The translations under genes and the position numbers were made by a program. Shown here one piece after another: positions 61,524-64,000 of a stretch of DNA of 64,000 nt. Positions within the stretch are counted from its first letter, which is position 1. Each line of letters begins with the position of its first letter. Below the pieces are notes generated by a model. That model ran no database searches and had not been told where the DNA came from. It saw nothing but the letters and a program-made list of their open reading frames with translations. The stretch is from positions 186,001 through 250,000 of the forward strand of contig NIVC01000525.1 in NCBI GenBank assembly GCA_002269645.1. The letters are read 5' to 3'. The DNA comes from Macrostomum lignano. Its lineage: Eukaryota.

Positions 61524-61748
61524 TCAGGTGGATTGCATTCTGTCCAACTCTTTCTGCTCTTTGCTTTTATTTCGCTCCTCGAACTTCACCCGGTTTTTGA
61601 TGATCCGCTCGATCACGCTATAGGCGGTCATGTCGTTGCCGCTGTCCACTTCGCGGTACAGCCCGAGCCGCTTCGCCTCGGAGTAGGGGTCGCTGCCGTC
61701 TGGGCACGGCTTCACGGGCGTGCGGACTCCATGGATCACGTAGTCCAC
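61524..61748 (-). CDS. PCYT2: PCYT2 last exon (VDYVIHG...MQST*)
   Basis: ccgcag acceptor; ends TGA. Confidence 0.92.
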   Translation of the reverse strand: [74 protein letters not shown]

Positions 61749-63280
61749 CTGCGGCGGGTGAGATTGTGTTAGACACTTGCTAGACAGGACATGTCTCAGT
61801 GTGAGATTATGTTGGACACTTGCTAGACAGGACATGTCTCAGTGTGAGATTATGTTGGACACTTGCTAGACAGGACATGTCTCAGTGTGAGATTGTGTTG
61901 GACACTTGCTAGATAGGACATGTCTCAGTGTGAGATTGTGTTAGACACTTGTTAGATAGGACATGTCTCAGTGTGAGATTGTGTTAGACACTTGCTAGAT
62001 AGGACATGTTTCACAGAGAGATTATGTTAGACACTTGCTAGATAGGACATGTCTCAGTGTGAGATTATGTTGGACACTTGCTAGATAGGACATGTCTCAG
62101 TGTGAGATTATGTTGGACACTTGCTAGATAGGACATGTCTCAGTGTGAGATGACACTTGTTAGATAGGACATGTCTCAGTGTGAGATTATGTTGGACACT
62201 TGCTAGATAGGACATGTCTCAGTGTGAGATTATGTTGGACACTTGCTAGACAGGACATTTCTCAGGGTGAGATTATGTTAGACACTTGCTAGATAGGACA
62301 TGTCTCAGTGTGAGATTGTGTTAGACACTTGCTAGACAGGACATTTCTCAGGGTGAGATTATGTTAGACACTTGCTAGATAGGACATGTCTCAGTGTGAG
62401 ATTGTGTTAGACACTTGTCAGATAAATGATTACAGCAATCCACGGTTTAAAAAAAAACAAAAAAATATTTTCTAAGGTGTCAGGTGATCTGTTGAGAACT
62501 TTTTAGTGCACATGAGCTTCGACAATAACTCAAGATAAAAACAGAAACGGGAAATTTGCGCTGCTGCATACCTTCAGGTGTTTCATGAGCTGCTCGCTAA
62601 TCTTGAAGGGGGCATCGATGACCACATTGGACACGTACTGCGGGGCCAAGCGAGTTTTTGAAAGGTAAACCGCTCAGATAAAATGCTGTGTAAAAATTCT
62701 ATGTAGAGATAAGAGGCCTATTAAAATGTCAAGCCTAAATTTAACTAAAGGCCAAAAGGCAGTAGCTGAACTAATGACTGGGGCAGTGGCTGAGCAAAGG
62801 ACTGGAGGAGTGGCTGAGCAAAGGACTGGGGCAGTGGCTGAGCAAAGGACTGGGGCAGTGGCTGAGCAAAGGACTGGGGGAGTGGCTGAGCAAAGGACTG
62901 GGGCAGTGGCTGAGCAAAGGACTGGGGCAGTGGCTGAGCAAAGGACTGGGGGAGTGGCTGAGCAAAGGACTGGGGCAGTGGCTGAGCAAAGGACTGGGGG
63001 AGTGGCTGAGCAAAGGACTGGGGCAGTGGCTGAGCAAAGGACTGGGGGCAGTGGCTGAGCAAAGGACTGGGGGAGTGGCTGGGGCAGTGGCTGAGCGAAA
63101 GACTGGGGGCTCATAAAGGACTCACTCTGCAGGCGAGGACGGAGAGCACTCTCTCGAACATGGTCATGATTGGGTAGTTGTAGCCCCTGTACCAGTTCAC
63201 TATTTGATCCGAGTGAATGCCAATAATCACGTAAGTGGCCATTGAGTAGCACTTTTCCAGAAAGTCGATGTGGCCAACAT
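61524..63280 (-). CDS. PCYT2: Ethanolamine-phosphate cytidylyltransferase, last three exons (C-terminal CT domain). complement join(63280-63126,62637-62572,61748-61524); the 5' part lies beyond the window
   Basis: (H)[60 protein letters not shown] and [19 protein letters not shown] match PCYT2/ECT; phases close. Confidence 0.92.
61762..62420. repeat. 43-bp minisatellite (tgttagacacttgctagataggacatgtctcagtgtgagatt(a/g))
   Basis: PCYT2 last intron. Confidence 0.95.
62572..62637 (-). CDS. PCYT2: PCYT2 exon ([22 protein letters not shown])
   Basis: ccgcag/gtatgc boundaries; 22 codons; absent from the ORF track. Confidence 0.92.
62778..63110. repeat. 24-bp minisatellite (gactggggcagtggctgagcaaag)
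   Basis: PCYT2 intron. Confidence 0.95.
63126..63280 (-). CDS. PCYT2: PCYT2 exon (HVGH motif, NYPIM, [10 protein letters not shown])
   Basis: ttgcag/gtgagt boundaries. Confidence 0.92.
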
Positions 63281-63469
63281 CTGCAATATAATTGAATGAA
63301 CCAAATAAGATTACTCGCTGAGCACAGACTGAGCACAGACAAACACGCCAATACTGTACGCAGGCACGCACTCATACACACGCTTATACAAGGTGTACAA
63401 CGGTCCATCGTCAGCACGTACACTCTCTGTGCCTTTGGGGGTTAGCCTTCATGGCTGTATATCGCACGA

Positions 63470-64000
63470 CAACTCGCCGCCCCCACCCCACATCAGACGC
63501 AACTCACGGAATAGATCAAAGGCGCCGCCCCCCCCTACCCACAGCGGACGCAACTCACGGAATAGATCAAAGGCACCGCCCACCCACTCCACATCAGACG
63601 CAACTCACGGAATAGATCAAAGGCACCGCCCACCCAATCCACATCAGACGCAACTCACGGAATAGATCAAAGCACCGCCCACCCACTCCACATCAGACGC
63701 AACTCACGGAATAGATCAAAGGCGCCGCCCCCCCCGTACCCACAGCAGACGCAACTCACGGAATAGATCAAAGGCATCGCCCACCCACTCCACAGCAGAC
63801 GCAACTCACGGAATAGATCAAAGGCGCCGCCCACCCACTCCACATCAGACGCAACTCACGGAATAGATCAAAGGCGCCGCCCACCCACTCCACATCAGAC
63901 GCAACTCACGGAATAGATCAAAGGCGCCGCCCACCCACTCCACATCAGACGCAACTCACGGAATAGATCAAAAGCGCCGCCCCCCCCCCCTACCCACAGC
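63470..64000. repeat. ~50-bp minisatellite (acatcagacgcaactcacggaatagatcaaaggcgccgcccacccactcc)
   Basis: Runs off the window end. Confidence 0.93.

Overview
Eukaryotic (metazoan) genomic DNA with GT-AG spliceosomal introns, GC-rich exons and introns swollen by minisatellites. The style suggests a free-living flatworm such as Macrostomum, but that is an inference. I reconstructed five protein-coding genes by hand from splice sites and reading phase. (1) The 3' half of a conventional protein kinase C on + (2491-14729), with TWO alternative last (V5) exons. (2) A complete 10-exon diacylglycerol kinase theta on - (45993-24516, 992 aa), tail-to-tail with the PKC. (3) An orphan 2-exon single-pass membrane protein on - (49551-48008, ~419 aa). 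(4) An 8-exon SLC22-like MFS transporter on - (59707-52565) with an apparent 1-nt frameshift in exon 1. (5) The last three exons of ethanolamine-phosphate cytidylyltransferase PCYT2 on - (63280-61524). Nearly all long ORFs in the supplied track are translations of tandem repeats. Highlights: a PKC-betaII/betaI-like pair of alternative C-terminal exons, one with a phosphomimetic Glu in the hydrophobic motif; a neighbourhood of DAG-handling genes; a 50-bp satellite with a Pol III B-box in each unit; and a different minisatellite in almost every intron.
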